A DNA stretch of 64,000 bases from positions 806,001 through 870,000 of the forward strand of contig OZ025791.1 of assembly GCA_964019425.1 (NCBI GenBank). Reading direction: 5' to 3'. Positions 1 through 11,200 of the stretch are shown here, one piece after another (the stretch's first letter is position 1; the number at the start of each line of letters is the position of its first letter). The notes under the pieces are model-generated. The model was not told where the DNA came from. It saw nothing but the letters and a program-made list of their open reading frames with translations, and searched no databases. This DNA comes from Flectonema sp. DT1601. Its lineage: Eukaryota. Position numbers and translations under genes: made by a program.

Positions 1-172
1 CCTTTTTTTTTTACGGCATTTCCTAATTCCCAATCCTGTTCTCAAATTCTTGTTTTATTAGTTCTGTTTTTCCGTTTTTTTTTTTTTTTTTGCTCCCTAA
101 TAGTTCCCTTACGAAACACCAAAATGACTCCCCACCCCTCTTTTTAATACGTTACAAGCTTTTGCCACTCCG

Positions 173-203
<31 letters not shown>

Positions 204-1159
204 GTGTTTTTAATTTTTTTTATATTTTTAAATCTCTGAGATAATAATGCAGGGAGACGCACGTATCTGAAAGAAAATTGGCAGTTAGTCTATGTTCCTT
301 AGCTGTTTTTAGTTGTTTCCTGCTGGATGTGAGGGGAAAAACTTTAAAAAAAAAACAGAAAAAAAAAAAACAAAAACGAAAAAGAGAAATGAGAGTTGCC
401 TACGGGATAAACTGACAGCCCTGATGCTGCTATGGACCTGTTTTGCTTCCGTTGGGAAGTATTTTTTTATTTTTATTATTATTATTTTTTTTTCAATTGA
501 TGTTCGTTTGTTTCAAGCGCTAACATTATTAAGTGTGCAGTACCCAAAAAAAAAACTATTTTTATTTTTATTTTTATTTTCTCCCCTCTCCCCATTTCTT
601 TTTTCTTTTTAGTACAATTTCCTTCTTGAAGTAGGGTTTGGAGAAGAAATATAAAAAACGAAAAAAAAAAAAAAAAAAACTTTGGAATTACAAATTACAA
701 GAAAACTAAAATTGTTAATTTTCTCTTCTTCTTCTCTCTTTTTTATTTCTTCGTCTCTGATGACCTCTGGTGCCTTTTCACTTACTAATAGACTAAAAAA
801 AAAAAAATAATAGTGTTAAAATATGATTGTGTAGGGTGTACATAACTCACTTTACTGAGAAAATTAAGCATGGGCAACAAGCAAAATTCAAAAAAAAAAA
901 AAAAAAGATAAAACATCGAAATTCTTGATTCTCAATAAGAGACGGCTATTCGATATTAAGGATTAATATTTTTTTTTTGTTCTCCCCTTTTCTCCCTCCG
1001 TGATAGCTACTACGGTATGTCTGTCCGCTACTTTTTTTTTTGTTTATTAAAATGAGAGGTGTGACACGCGCAGTCTCTTAGAGAGAAAAAAAAGTGCCGT
1101 GGATAACTGTGTACCCTGTGCCAGAGAGAAAAAACAAACAAACAAAAACAACTGTCTCT

Positions 1160-1560
1160 TTGTGAAAGGGTAACGCTCTCAGGAATATCCGTAAGTTAGT
1201 TTTTCTTCAGGTCTGTTTACTGTTTAACAAGTCTTGCGATGAGTGTTGGCCGTTCTCTAATTAAGAACACCACCGCTATAAGATCACGAGTTAGCCTTTT
1301 GTTATTTCCATTTTATTAATATTTAAATAATTGTGATTAACGTCACGGAGTTTTGTCAGATATATATGTCCTCCATCAATGCAGCCTTCTAGGCATAAAA
1401 ACAAATAAACATCAAAGTAAGTTAGTGAAGAATCAACCTTAAGTAAATAAGAAGGAAACGTACTCACTCTCTTTAACAATCCGAGTGGTGGGTCTCACAG
1501 AGTCGGGCCCCACATCTGTGGGGCCTTTAATGATCTTCGGCTCCAGACTTGGAAAAGTAA
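1160..1560 (-). pseudogene. Degenerate non-LTR (RTE-like) reverse transcriptase fragment, N-terminal RT subdomains
   Basis: Minus-strand translation across frameshifts gives, in order: VGPDSV (cf. aPGPDGI), EGCIDGGHIY (cf. cw..g.iP), LRDVN (cf. LRDA), SYSG (cf. nYRGI), LIARL and IPES (cf. LPESQCGFR). Many stops and frameshifts. Confidence 0.5.
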
Positions 1561-1667
1561 TGATTTCGTGATGGTTTGTTGGAGGAAGGACTCTTGATCT
1601 GAAAAGTTGGCTCCGCTCTTTTTTATCCATTTGTATCCGCGATATATTTTTTTTTTTTTAAACACAA

Positions 1668-1700
<33 letters not shown>

Positions 1701-3190
1701 TATCAATTCTCCATATGCATTCGTGTGCAATATAGAGTTTCTCTTAGAGAGAATTTTTATTCACTTTTTTTTTATTATAAAATACCGAAAGCGCTTTGAT
1801 GCTATTTCTCATTCAAAATTCCTCACTCAACGAGTGCCTTTGGAATTGTCGTGTTGTTAGCATCGTGCCTTTTATTCTTCTTTACTTTTTCGCACCTTCT
1901 TCTAATTGTTGCAGGCAACCAGATTATCAGCTGAATTGAACGTTCACTATAGTTCACTGTCATCAAGTAGCTGTCAAAAAAAAATATCGTTAAATTTGAT
2001 GATAACGTCTTTTTAGTATTTCTTCGTCGTGAAACCTATTTAAGAGGGATAGCTGATTTATTCAAGTTGCTTTTTTAAAATGTTTTTTGTAATTAGAAAC
2101 ATAGTTAGTAAAGTTTTTTTTTTTTTTTTTTTTCAAGAAAAAAAAAAAAAAAAAAAAAAAAAAACAAGAATTAAATATAGCAACAGAGGCTTTCGCTGGT
2201 TTTCTGATGCGTCATCTGTAAATTGCAGTTGTTTGCACAGGTTTCTTGTCGTATGCAACTAGGGTTCTTTTTTATTTATTTTCTTTAATATTTATCGCGT
2301 TATTCTTAACTAACTAATGTGGGTGGAGGGAGGAGATGGTGTTGTGTGAGAATCACTTATTAGCTTGCTTAACCTGTTTCCGTTTCCTCCCCTTTTTTTG
2401 TGTGTTTTCTATAACTTCACTTTAATGTTGTGTGGTTCTTTCAACGTTCAATCAAAGCAAAAAAAAAAAAAAAAAAAAAACGGAAGATTTTTTTTGCGAT
2501 CGACATAAACATGGTCGTCTCGCCTTGACATTACAATAAATTACGAACACTAATACGCATAGATCTTTTAAAAAAAAAGAAAAAAAGAAAATCCCCTTTT
2601 CGCAATTTTTTGTTGTAATCACGATCTGTATTTTCTTATCAGAAAGTGATATATGGGAGTGAACTTTCATTTAGATTTGTCTTTCTTATTTTGATGTTTT
2701 TTGCGACATTGCTTTCATTCATTCTTTTCCCCCTTTCTTTTTTTCCCACAGTTTTGAAGTGTAGTTGTCTTCGTGTTCTCTTCCCTGAGAGAGAACAAGA
2801 TGTCTTGAGAGGTTAGTTAATCAGAGGATTTGAAAAAAAAAAAAAAAAAAAAAAGTTTGTACCTTTTTCTCCTTCTCGCACAATCGCCATGGTTCGCTGC
2901 ATCCTTGGTGTTATTGTGGTTCATTTCGTCTACATTGATTTATTTTTTTTTCTTTTCTTTTTCCATTCGTTGTTGCATCTTAAGAGGATTAATGCTCATG
3001 AATAAAACAGTTCTTAAAAAAAACTGGAATATGCACTTTATGATTGCAGCTCGTGTTTTTCCTTTCCCCCCCCTCATTTTCCCCTTCCCCTTTTTTTTTC
3101 TAATTAAATTTTCACACTTTTCTCTACCTTTTCCCCTGGTACTCGATATGTAAATCTAAACGGTGGCGCCTTTTGGCGAAAAATTGGCGT

Positions 3191-3370
3191 TATCAGCCGT
3201 CTCTTATACTGCCTACTTTGTGCATGTGGTGGATACGGATCGTTAGTTACTTCTGATCAAAAGTCTCTTTTCGCCTGTGAGAGTCTTACGGTTGTGGTAC
3301 CGAATTACTGATACCTCGTGAGCTTCTCCAGAAGATTCACCTTCCCCGGGTTCGGTAAGAATAAATAAAC
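3191..3370 (+). mobile_element. Short dispersed retro-repeat (LINE 3' end / SINE-like), subfamily B, with TAAA tail
   Basis: tcgcctGTGAGAGTCTTACGGTTGTGGTACCGA...GTGAGCTTCTCCAGA...ttcggtaagaataaataaa. Aligns with 48644-48715, and with 56329-56480 including ~80 bp upstream. Confidence 0.65.
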
Positions 3371-4509
3371 AAGTAAATGAATATAGAAGAGAGGGAATAC
3401 GGGATATATTTTGAAATTTTGCCTCCTTTTTTCTTATTTCCTTTTCCCCCTCTCTCCCTTACGTATGTGCGAGTAGCGTGATACGTTTTACGGGAAAAAA
3501 AAAAAAAAAAACGCGCGTAACACCCTCGAAGCTAAATGCAATCACTATGCGATTACTTCGGGGGAAGTCAGCGTAGCCAATCTGGGTAAGCGATCGGATT
3601 TTCGATCAAAAGATGAGATTTCTCTCAACGAAAAACAGAAATAAAATTTAAACTCCTTGTCAATTAATAGTGCACGTGTCTGACAAAATAATTGTAGGCA
3701 GCTCCTGTTGCACACGTTTTCTTTCGTATAAAGTATGTGACGGAGTTGTTACGCTAGTTTTTTTTGTTTTTTTTTTTGTTTTGTCCGGACCTGAGAAATC
3801 AGATGAAGGGATGTTGGGCCACGACCCGATCTTGCAATCCAGTATCCGTTTTAGTTTTTTTTTCTTCTTTTTTTCCCTTTCTTGCATTTTAATTTTTTAC
3901 TATTATTAGACGTTCTTAAATTTTTTTAAAAATAAAAAAGGGAAAACTCCCACTTTCACAAAAATGTGTTTTTCAAAATCGACAACTCTAGAAACAACCC
4001 ACCATGACAGAAGGAATTTCAGGGGGGCTTGCACTCTTCCCAGCTTGGTTAGCTCACATCCGCCGCAAGCCGATTTTTGGGGTCAAGTTCGAACTTTTTT
4101 TTTGTTGAGAGTTGGTCGATTTCGCAAACTATTTTGGTGGAATCAGAAGTTTTCTCAATAAGAAAAATAATAAAAAAAATAAAGGAATCTGTTTTCACTC
4201 AGCGGCATCAGTTTAAGTTCCGCTTGCATAATGAATAAGGCGAGAACGAACAACTTCTTTTTATTTTTTCTTTCTTTTTTTTTATTGCTTTCCATTACTA
4301 TTCTCACATATCGTAAACACCCTTTTCGGTACTGTTTAAGGCAGTATGCTAGATAAGGGATTTTTTCCTTTTTTGCTTACTGTGAAGAGTCCAGAATTTC
4401 TCGCAAAAGTAGTTTTTTTCTTCATCCCCCCATATATATATTTTTTTCACATGAATTGCTGTGTCTTTAAAAAAAAATAAAAAAAAGAAAAAAATAAAAA
4501 GGAATATCA

Positions 4510-4720
4510 CACCTACTACTGTTGTCTGGTTAATGGTTTTTGGCCTGTTCATTTTTTCAAGTTTCTTACGTAGCTTCACAGTTTTTTTCTACGCTGGCGT
4601 TTTTATGTATAAATCATTTTATTTTCCTCATCTTTGATACAGTACAGTCATCTGTTAGTTTCTGGGCACGAAGCTATAAAAACATTTGCCCTGTAGTCAT
4701 CAGTTCTGGACTTGCTGATT
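4510..4720 (-). pseudogene. Degenerate RTE-like RT fragment (subdomain 4-6 region)
   Basis: Minus strand gives SRTD..., LRAQK and TINQTTVV, resembling the RTE pattern yRtDG..F...LRA.tK ... L.In..KT.v. Heavily decayed. Confidence 0.3.
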
Positions 4721-4808
4721 AACTAACCTGTATATCAATGTAAGTATGGAAAAAAAAAAAAAAAAAGAAAAGTGTTAATAACACAACAGTAGTTAACTTG
4801 TCATTTGT

Positions 4809-5132
4809 AGTCCTCACAGATTATGCGAACTCCGCGTAGAGCGTTTCAAATCCCAGCAATATTTCTCAGTTGGAAGCAAAAGTCGTAACAAGGTTGCTGT
4901 AGGTGAACCTGCAGCAGGATCATTACCAAAGTCGAATTCTGTTAGTCAGCTGGCCTTGGTTGGCTGGCTAAGAAGACCGATTGGCTGTGGGATAGAGCTG
5001 GGGGGAGAGAGCTCTCTGCGGACAACCGCTTAGAGCGTTTCAAATCCCAGCAATATTTCTCAGCTAGAGGAAGCAAAAGTCGTAACAAGGTTGCTGTAGG
5101 TGAACCTGCAGTCCTCACAGATTATGCGAACT
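4809..5132 (+). pseudogene. 18S rRNA 3'-end + ITS1 fragment, internally duplicated, flanked by 23-bp direct repeats
   Basis: GGAAGCAAAAGTCGTAACAAGGTTGCTGTAGGTGAACCTGCAG occurs at 4872-4914 (continuing CAGGATCATTA to 4925) and again at 5069-5111. AGTCCTCACAGATTATGCGAACT is at 4809-4831 and 5110-5132. The rest of the rDNA unit is absent. Confidence 0.9.
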
Positions 5133-5187
5133 GAACTCTAAAAAGTGGGAAAATAAAGATCTGTCTTTACAAATCCTACGTGTTTCG

Positions 5188-5225
<38 letters not shown>

Positions 5226-5951
5226 TGAGTGCATTCACTCTAGCAACTGCTTTTTCGAACTTTGTCGATAGTCAGGTTAAGTGATGCAATTTTTTTTTTT
5301 TTTTTGAATTATTTTTAGTCTCTCTTTTACCTCTCGAAGTTTTTTTAAAAAAAAAAAAAAAAAAAAAGTAAATATTTCCTCCCTTCTTATTAGTGTTGAT
5401 ATACTTCCAAAAACAGTAGTGTCCTACTAACTGACTGCTTTTTTTGAGTTTTTTTATATCACTAATTTGCAAGGAGAGAGTTAAAGGTCGATGCACTATT
5501 TCAGAAGATAATACACGTTTGGCTGGTTATTATAAAGTTGAGGTCTTTTTTTTTGCAGCGTTCTCTCTTTTTTTTTCTTTTTTTTTTTTTTTCTCATCGA
5601 GAGTCTTTTTCAGTTTTGCAGTCAAACTATCTGACTGCATACTGAGACGATGGCTTTCCCTGACTTGTGTGTAATTTATTAAGTGAGTCAGAGAGTCTGT
5701 TCAGAACCTTATTATCGAGGTGTTACTGAAATCATATCGTTCGTTTTTAGAATGATTTTTCACTGTTAGCAGCGTTGATATCCGCAGCTTCTACAACCCA
5801 TCAGTTTTAAAATAGATTGAGGAGATTAAGAAAAAAAAAAAAAAAAAAAAAAAAATTATTCATCCTCAATTTTAACAAGTTTTACTTATTTTTTCTAAAG
5901 TCAGTGAAATGAATTAGTCCCTTTTTTTTTTCCTTCTCAGTCCACTTTTGC

Positions 5952-5954
<3 letters not shown>

Positions 5955-5981
<27 letters not shown>
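5955..5981. repeat. (CT)n microsatellite
   Basis: Direct reading. Confidence 0.9.
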
Positions 5982-5985
<4 letters not shown>

Positions 5986-6289
5986 CCTTTTTTTTTCCTT
6001 TACCCCCATTCCGTATAATGCGACAGCTATTTTAAAGGTGCGTTGATCTTTTTTTCCCCTATTATTTTCCCCCTTTTTTTTTTGTTGTACTAAGGCAACC
6101 CGGTGTTGTCAGAACAAAGTAAGTGTGTTGGTCAACATGTAACCTGTTTTGGTAGTTTGTACAAAAAAAAAAAAAAAAAAAAAAAAAGGAATGAATAAAT
6201 ACAAGCCAGCACTCGTGTTCTTTGGTATTTGATAACAAATGAACGCAGTGACAGAGATTGCGAAAAAAATTATGTTTCTGAGACAAGTA

Positions 6290-6440
6290 GGTGTTGCTGA
6301 AAGCACCCGGATCCTTTAAGGTCTCCTGGGCAATAATGTAGTCCAAACAAGCAAATGCTGCTCATCATGACATCGCTTGTCGATGTTGTCGTGTTACTAC
6401 TTTGCTTGTTTAGATCAGCCACTGGCATGACAAATTTAGG
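6290..6440 (-). pseudogene. Possible LINE apurinic-endonuclease N-terminal remnant
   Basis: LDYIIAQET on the minus strand resembles the APE motif lDiialQET. Only one good motif is visible. Confidence 0.3.
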
Positions 6441-8079
6441 AAAGGTTAACCTTGTTGGGCATCATTTAAAAGTGAGAGTTTTTATTTATTCTGTAGCTCT
6501 CTTTTTTTTTTTTTTTTTTTTTCCCCCAAGATTTGCGAGTTAAAAGAATAAGTGCTTCTTTCCCGCTCCGTTGGGCTTCCCTTTCCCTACTTTATGAGTT
6601 TCTTTTTCTTTTTTTTGGGTACTGTTATTTTTTTCTTTTCTCTTTTTCTTTACCGTTCTCATTCAATATTCTTTGGTTCTCGTTCTCGCTTTCGTTTTTT
6701 TTTTTTTTTTTTTTTTTTTTGCTTTTTTTTGTTTTTGTGGAACCCGCTGATGGTGTGCACTTGCAGTGGAAGGGGTCCTATGTTGCTGTGAGTTACCTCT
6801 CCGGTACTCTAAAACTACTAACAATATGGGCGCGTTGGTTCTTAAAAAATAAATAATGATATCGGTTTATTGCTGTTTGTCTGTGCAGCCAAATATTTAT
6901 AAACACATCTGTCGGGGTTCGCAGTGTAAGCGGCATATCCGCTACATGGTTTTCTGAAGTGTTGATGTGCGTTTTTTGTGATACAAATTTTGCAATGCCA
7001 TGTCAAATGGAATGATGTCGTGCTGTAACGCGAGTTGATTTTATTTTTCCCCCTTTTTTTTTTTGTTTTCCCATATTCACTTTTCGGCCCTGCTCTACTT
7101 GGCACCTTTCTTCGTTTTCCGCAGCTTGTGGAGTTTCGCGAAAGCATTCCGAATGAGAAAAGGCGCTCTTTTTTTTCTTCTTTTTTAAAAAAAAAAGAAG
7201 CTTTAAACACTTCAATCATCACTTGCTGTGTGAAGATGCAGTGCATTAAGGAACTAAAATAAAATAATTGGTAAGGGAAGATGGAATCCCGGTTTGTGTG
7301 GTAGCTTTGTACAGGCACTTTTTTTGTCTGTGACTTTTTTTTTATTATTTTGGTGTTATTTTTTTCCCCTCTCACTCATGTCTGTGCTTTTGCGCGGTTT
7401 TGTCACATTTTTCCTTACCGTATATTTTCTTTCAATTTTTTTTTTTATATTTCCCCTCACTCACACATACTAGGCTTGCGGCTGAGGAGATTCTTAATGG
7501 GTATCGCCAAGGCATATAATTAAACCGATTGGGGTTTTTTTAAAAAAAAAATACTAACAATGATGACCAACGTTTTTTCACGATGTGCCGTTGAATCCTA
7601 AAGAAAAGAAATGAAAAAAAAAGGCTCACCTTGACTTGCGGCTTCTGTTTGGTCTTTTGCATACAGAGGCAAATCCTTATTGCTTTCCCTTCGTTTTCTA
7701 TATGTCGACTTGTGTTACGAAAAATACAACAGTCCAAAAAAAAAAAAAAAAAGTGAAAGTTATTCATACCAAGTGTTTTGTAATATTAACAGTAGTGCTC
7801 TTGCAGATACGAATACGTTAAATTAAAAAAAAAAAAAAAAAATACAATAAAATAAATAATAGTCGGGTAGTACACAACATCCTACCCGACTGGTCGTAGC
7901 AGTACTTATTTACATTTCTTTTTGTTAGGTTGCATAAATCCCTCTAATTAATTACAGATTTATCCCGCATACTCTATTTTGTATCTCTTTAAGGCATGTA
8001 GAGTAGAATAAAAGACTCTCTAAATGCCTCGTTGATTCTAATTCCTCTCCATTTCCAGACTAACATCCCTGAGAACTTC

Positions 8080-8204
8080 TAATTGTTCTCTGCCGTGTCT
8101 GACGTTGGCTGGTAGCGATCAAACTGTTGCCCTGTTGAGTGTTTCCTGATTTTTGGTTTCCTGGGTTTTCGTAAATAAATAAATAATTGTTCTCTGCTGT
8201 CTGA
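8080..8204 (+). mobile_element. 5'-truncated retro-repeat (subfamily A) with (TAAA)3 tail and target-site duplication
   Basis: Insert 8103-8183 is gttggctggtagcgatcaaactgtt...ttcctgatttttgg...ttcgtaaataaataaa. It is flanked by TAATTGTTCTCTGC(cg)TGTCTGA at 8080-8102 and TAATTGTTCTCTGCTGTCTGA at 8184-8204. Confidence 0.8.
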
Positions 8205-11200
8205 TATTAGGATTCTAGTTTAGTTGCATCTGCTATTCTCAAAATGCAGGTTATTATTTCCTTCCACTTTTTCTTTTTTTTGTTTGTCGTCTCTTTTGTA
8301 TGTTTGGAATAATGTTGTTTTATCATCCGAGAGGTAGCGAAGTGAGCTTCGGTGTTAAAAATAAAATGTGTCCCGAACGACAATTTCTTTTTCTTCTGTT
8401 TTGAAATTTTTAATATTTTTTATTATTTTTTTTTATTTTTATGTTCCTTCCTATATATCACGACTTCGACTTTAATTTTTAATTTTTTAAAAAATTAATT
8501 CCCATAACACATAATTCTTCACATTTTTTTTTTCTGTAGTGCTTTTTTTTTCCTCTTTTAATACTATTCCAGCGTTTTTCTTTTTTCCCTTTATTTTCTT
8601 CATATTATTATATTAGTGTTTTTCTTTATATCTATTGATGGCGAGTGCTACTTGTGTGTCCTATTTTTATCTTTGGCATAGTTATTAGGTTTTATTTTTT
8701 TTATATTTTTAAAAAAATTGCTTGTACGAACAATAAAAACATACAAGCGAAGAAACCTCATGATTTTTTGTAACGTTCTACCGAAAAAAAGAAAAAAATT
8801 GATTTTTGGGGAGTCCAGTCCAACCCAAAAAGAACCCTTAGGTTCGCGGGTACAATTGGCACTTATTGGCAAAAGTTTTCCCCGGGACTAGAGCTTTGGC
8901 CCCAAAAAAAAAAAAAAAAAAAAAAAAAAATCAAATCAAATCAAATCAAATCATGCAAGTCGCTAAGCAATTTTTTTTTTTTACACTTCTTAACGTGGCA
9001 GTACTTAAAATTCTGTTTTATTAAAATTTAGTTATTTTTGCTTCCTGTTTCACCTTAGGTAGGAAACAAGGAAAAGAACTGAAAGAAGAAAAAAAAAAAA
9101 AAAAAAAAAAACAAATCTCATTTTTCATCTTTCCTATGACGATATTGAATTCTTCTGCAGTTCGGTACTAATAAAGACTTTTCAAGACATTTCACGGTTA
9201 ACACCCACGCTATTATTATTTGGAACAGGAATATCCTGAACGACGATTTACCGCAATTTGATCCTGCGCGACTGTTTTTTTTGTGCTTTTGGTAAATCCG
9301 TAGTGGTCTAAATAAATAAATATTAAAAAAAAAAAAAGAAATGTTACTGCGATCAGTCTTGTTGTGTTTCCCATGAATCAGTTTTTTTTTTTCCCCCTCT
9401 TTTTTTTTTGTCCTCTCAAGTAGGGTATTTTTAAACCAGATTACACACCCTACGCCAGATAGATGTGATATATATTTTTTGTTATTTTATTATGCGTGGT
9501 AAACTTACTTTCACTGTTTCGATTTTAGAAAAACTTCTGACGACGCAGTGATTGCGATTTTCACGTAAGCAATAAGAGATATGTATCACAACCAGACAAA
9601 CAAAAAAAAAAAAAAAAAAGAAAGAAAAAAAAATTGTCTTTTGCATGCACGTTTATGTTTCAGTTAGTCCTGTTGGTACTAATTAGTCCCTTTATTATAT
9701 CGCTGCTGTTGGAAGAATACAAAACAAAAAAAAAAAAAAAAAATGCTGGCTGCTTTCCCTTCTGCTGTAATTTTATTCCCCAAAAATAATTTATCAAAAA
9801 AAAAAAAAAAAAGGTATTGATTGTGGGGGGAAAAAAAGAAAAAAAAAAAAATTATACGTGTTGTGAATCAAAAAGACGTAATATCACAAAATTACGATCT
9901 TCTTGGCGCAAAGACGTGGGCAATATTAGTTGAATGGCGAGTTTATTATTTTCCTTTTCATTGCAATGCCAAAAAAAAAAAAAAAAAAAAAAAAAATAGC
10001 ACTCCCTTTTCAATTACACTAAAGGATTTCCAACATTGAAAAGTGAGGGGGAAAAAAAAAATGGAAAAAAAGAATTCCCTATACTTGTTGTAGTTTCGTA
10101 TCGCAAAGTTTTTTTGTGACGAAATTTCTTTTTTTTTTTTCCTTCTTTTTTTTTTATCACTGAAAGTTTGGATGACAGATTTTCCTTCAATTAATCAATT
10201 CGTTCTGCTCAGTTGTTTGCCATTTATGGAACTCCCCCCCGAGAGACTCGTTCCGCTATTCCTGTCATGAAAAAAATGGTACGTTTCTTTTTGTGATAAT
10301 TTGCTTAAACATTCAGCATTTCACTATTCACTATTGTTTTAAACTTGATTTTGACTAAAAGAAATTTATTTTTTTTTTGTTTTTTATGTCAATCAAGGGG
10401 CCTGGTAATATGCTGGAAACTTTCTGCTGAGCATATGGGAGTTTTTAAAAATCTTCCAAAACATTTTCTTTTTTCAAAAGCAAAAAAAACAAAAAAAAAA
10501 ACAAATTAACGAAGAGATCCTTCAGTAGTTTTTGCTGCTTACGAATTTCCTTTTTATTCATATTTAGCTTTTTCACAAACAGACAAAAAGAAAACCAGAT
10601 TTAAATAAGTGAAAGATCATGTCACACTCATACTACCTATATAATTCCCTAAGAAACATGGAGAGACATATTTCCTTTCTATTTCCCGTAAAATCGGTTT
10701 AAAAAAAAAAAAAAAAAAGAAAAAATACAAAAAAAAAGGAGGGGCTTAGGTTTCTCGGTTTCTTTGTTTTTATTAGATTTTTTCAACTTTTACTTTTTTT
10801 TTTTTAGAAGGTAAAAACGTCCTTCTGGTAATAATTTGATAGGACACTTACTTAAAAAAAAAAGGAAAAAAAAAACAACAACATTTTTATATATACACAC
10901 CTAGCACATCATAACTTCTGTCGTCGTTGTTTCTGTTTTTTTTTCAGAACAAAAAGACATCTTGAGACCCTTCATAAAGAAAAAGGAGTCCTAAATACTG
11001 GTCAAGTGAGATTCTGTGCTACTTGGATGTCATTGATCTCGTTGACGTGTGGCTGATACCTCGGATTCTGTGAACACTTTCTTTTTTTTAAATTTTCTTT
11101 TTTTTTTACAAAAAAAATTAAGTAGCTGGTACAGTAATTATTTATGTTGTTGACGGAGTGTTCTCACAGCCATTCTTGGATGAGTGAAACCATCCGCGAG

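Noticed and set aside
4832..5111. Functional rRNA gene
   Set aside because: Only <100 nt of the 18S 3' end is present, twice, with no 5.8S/28S or upstream 18S.
7861..7891. Perfect 10-bp hairpin AGTCGGGTAG/CTACCCGACT as a Helitron end or terminator
   Set aside because: No CTRR at the expected distance, no second copy, and a eukaryotic context.
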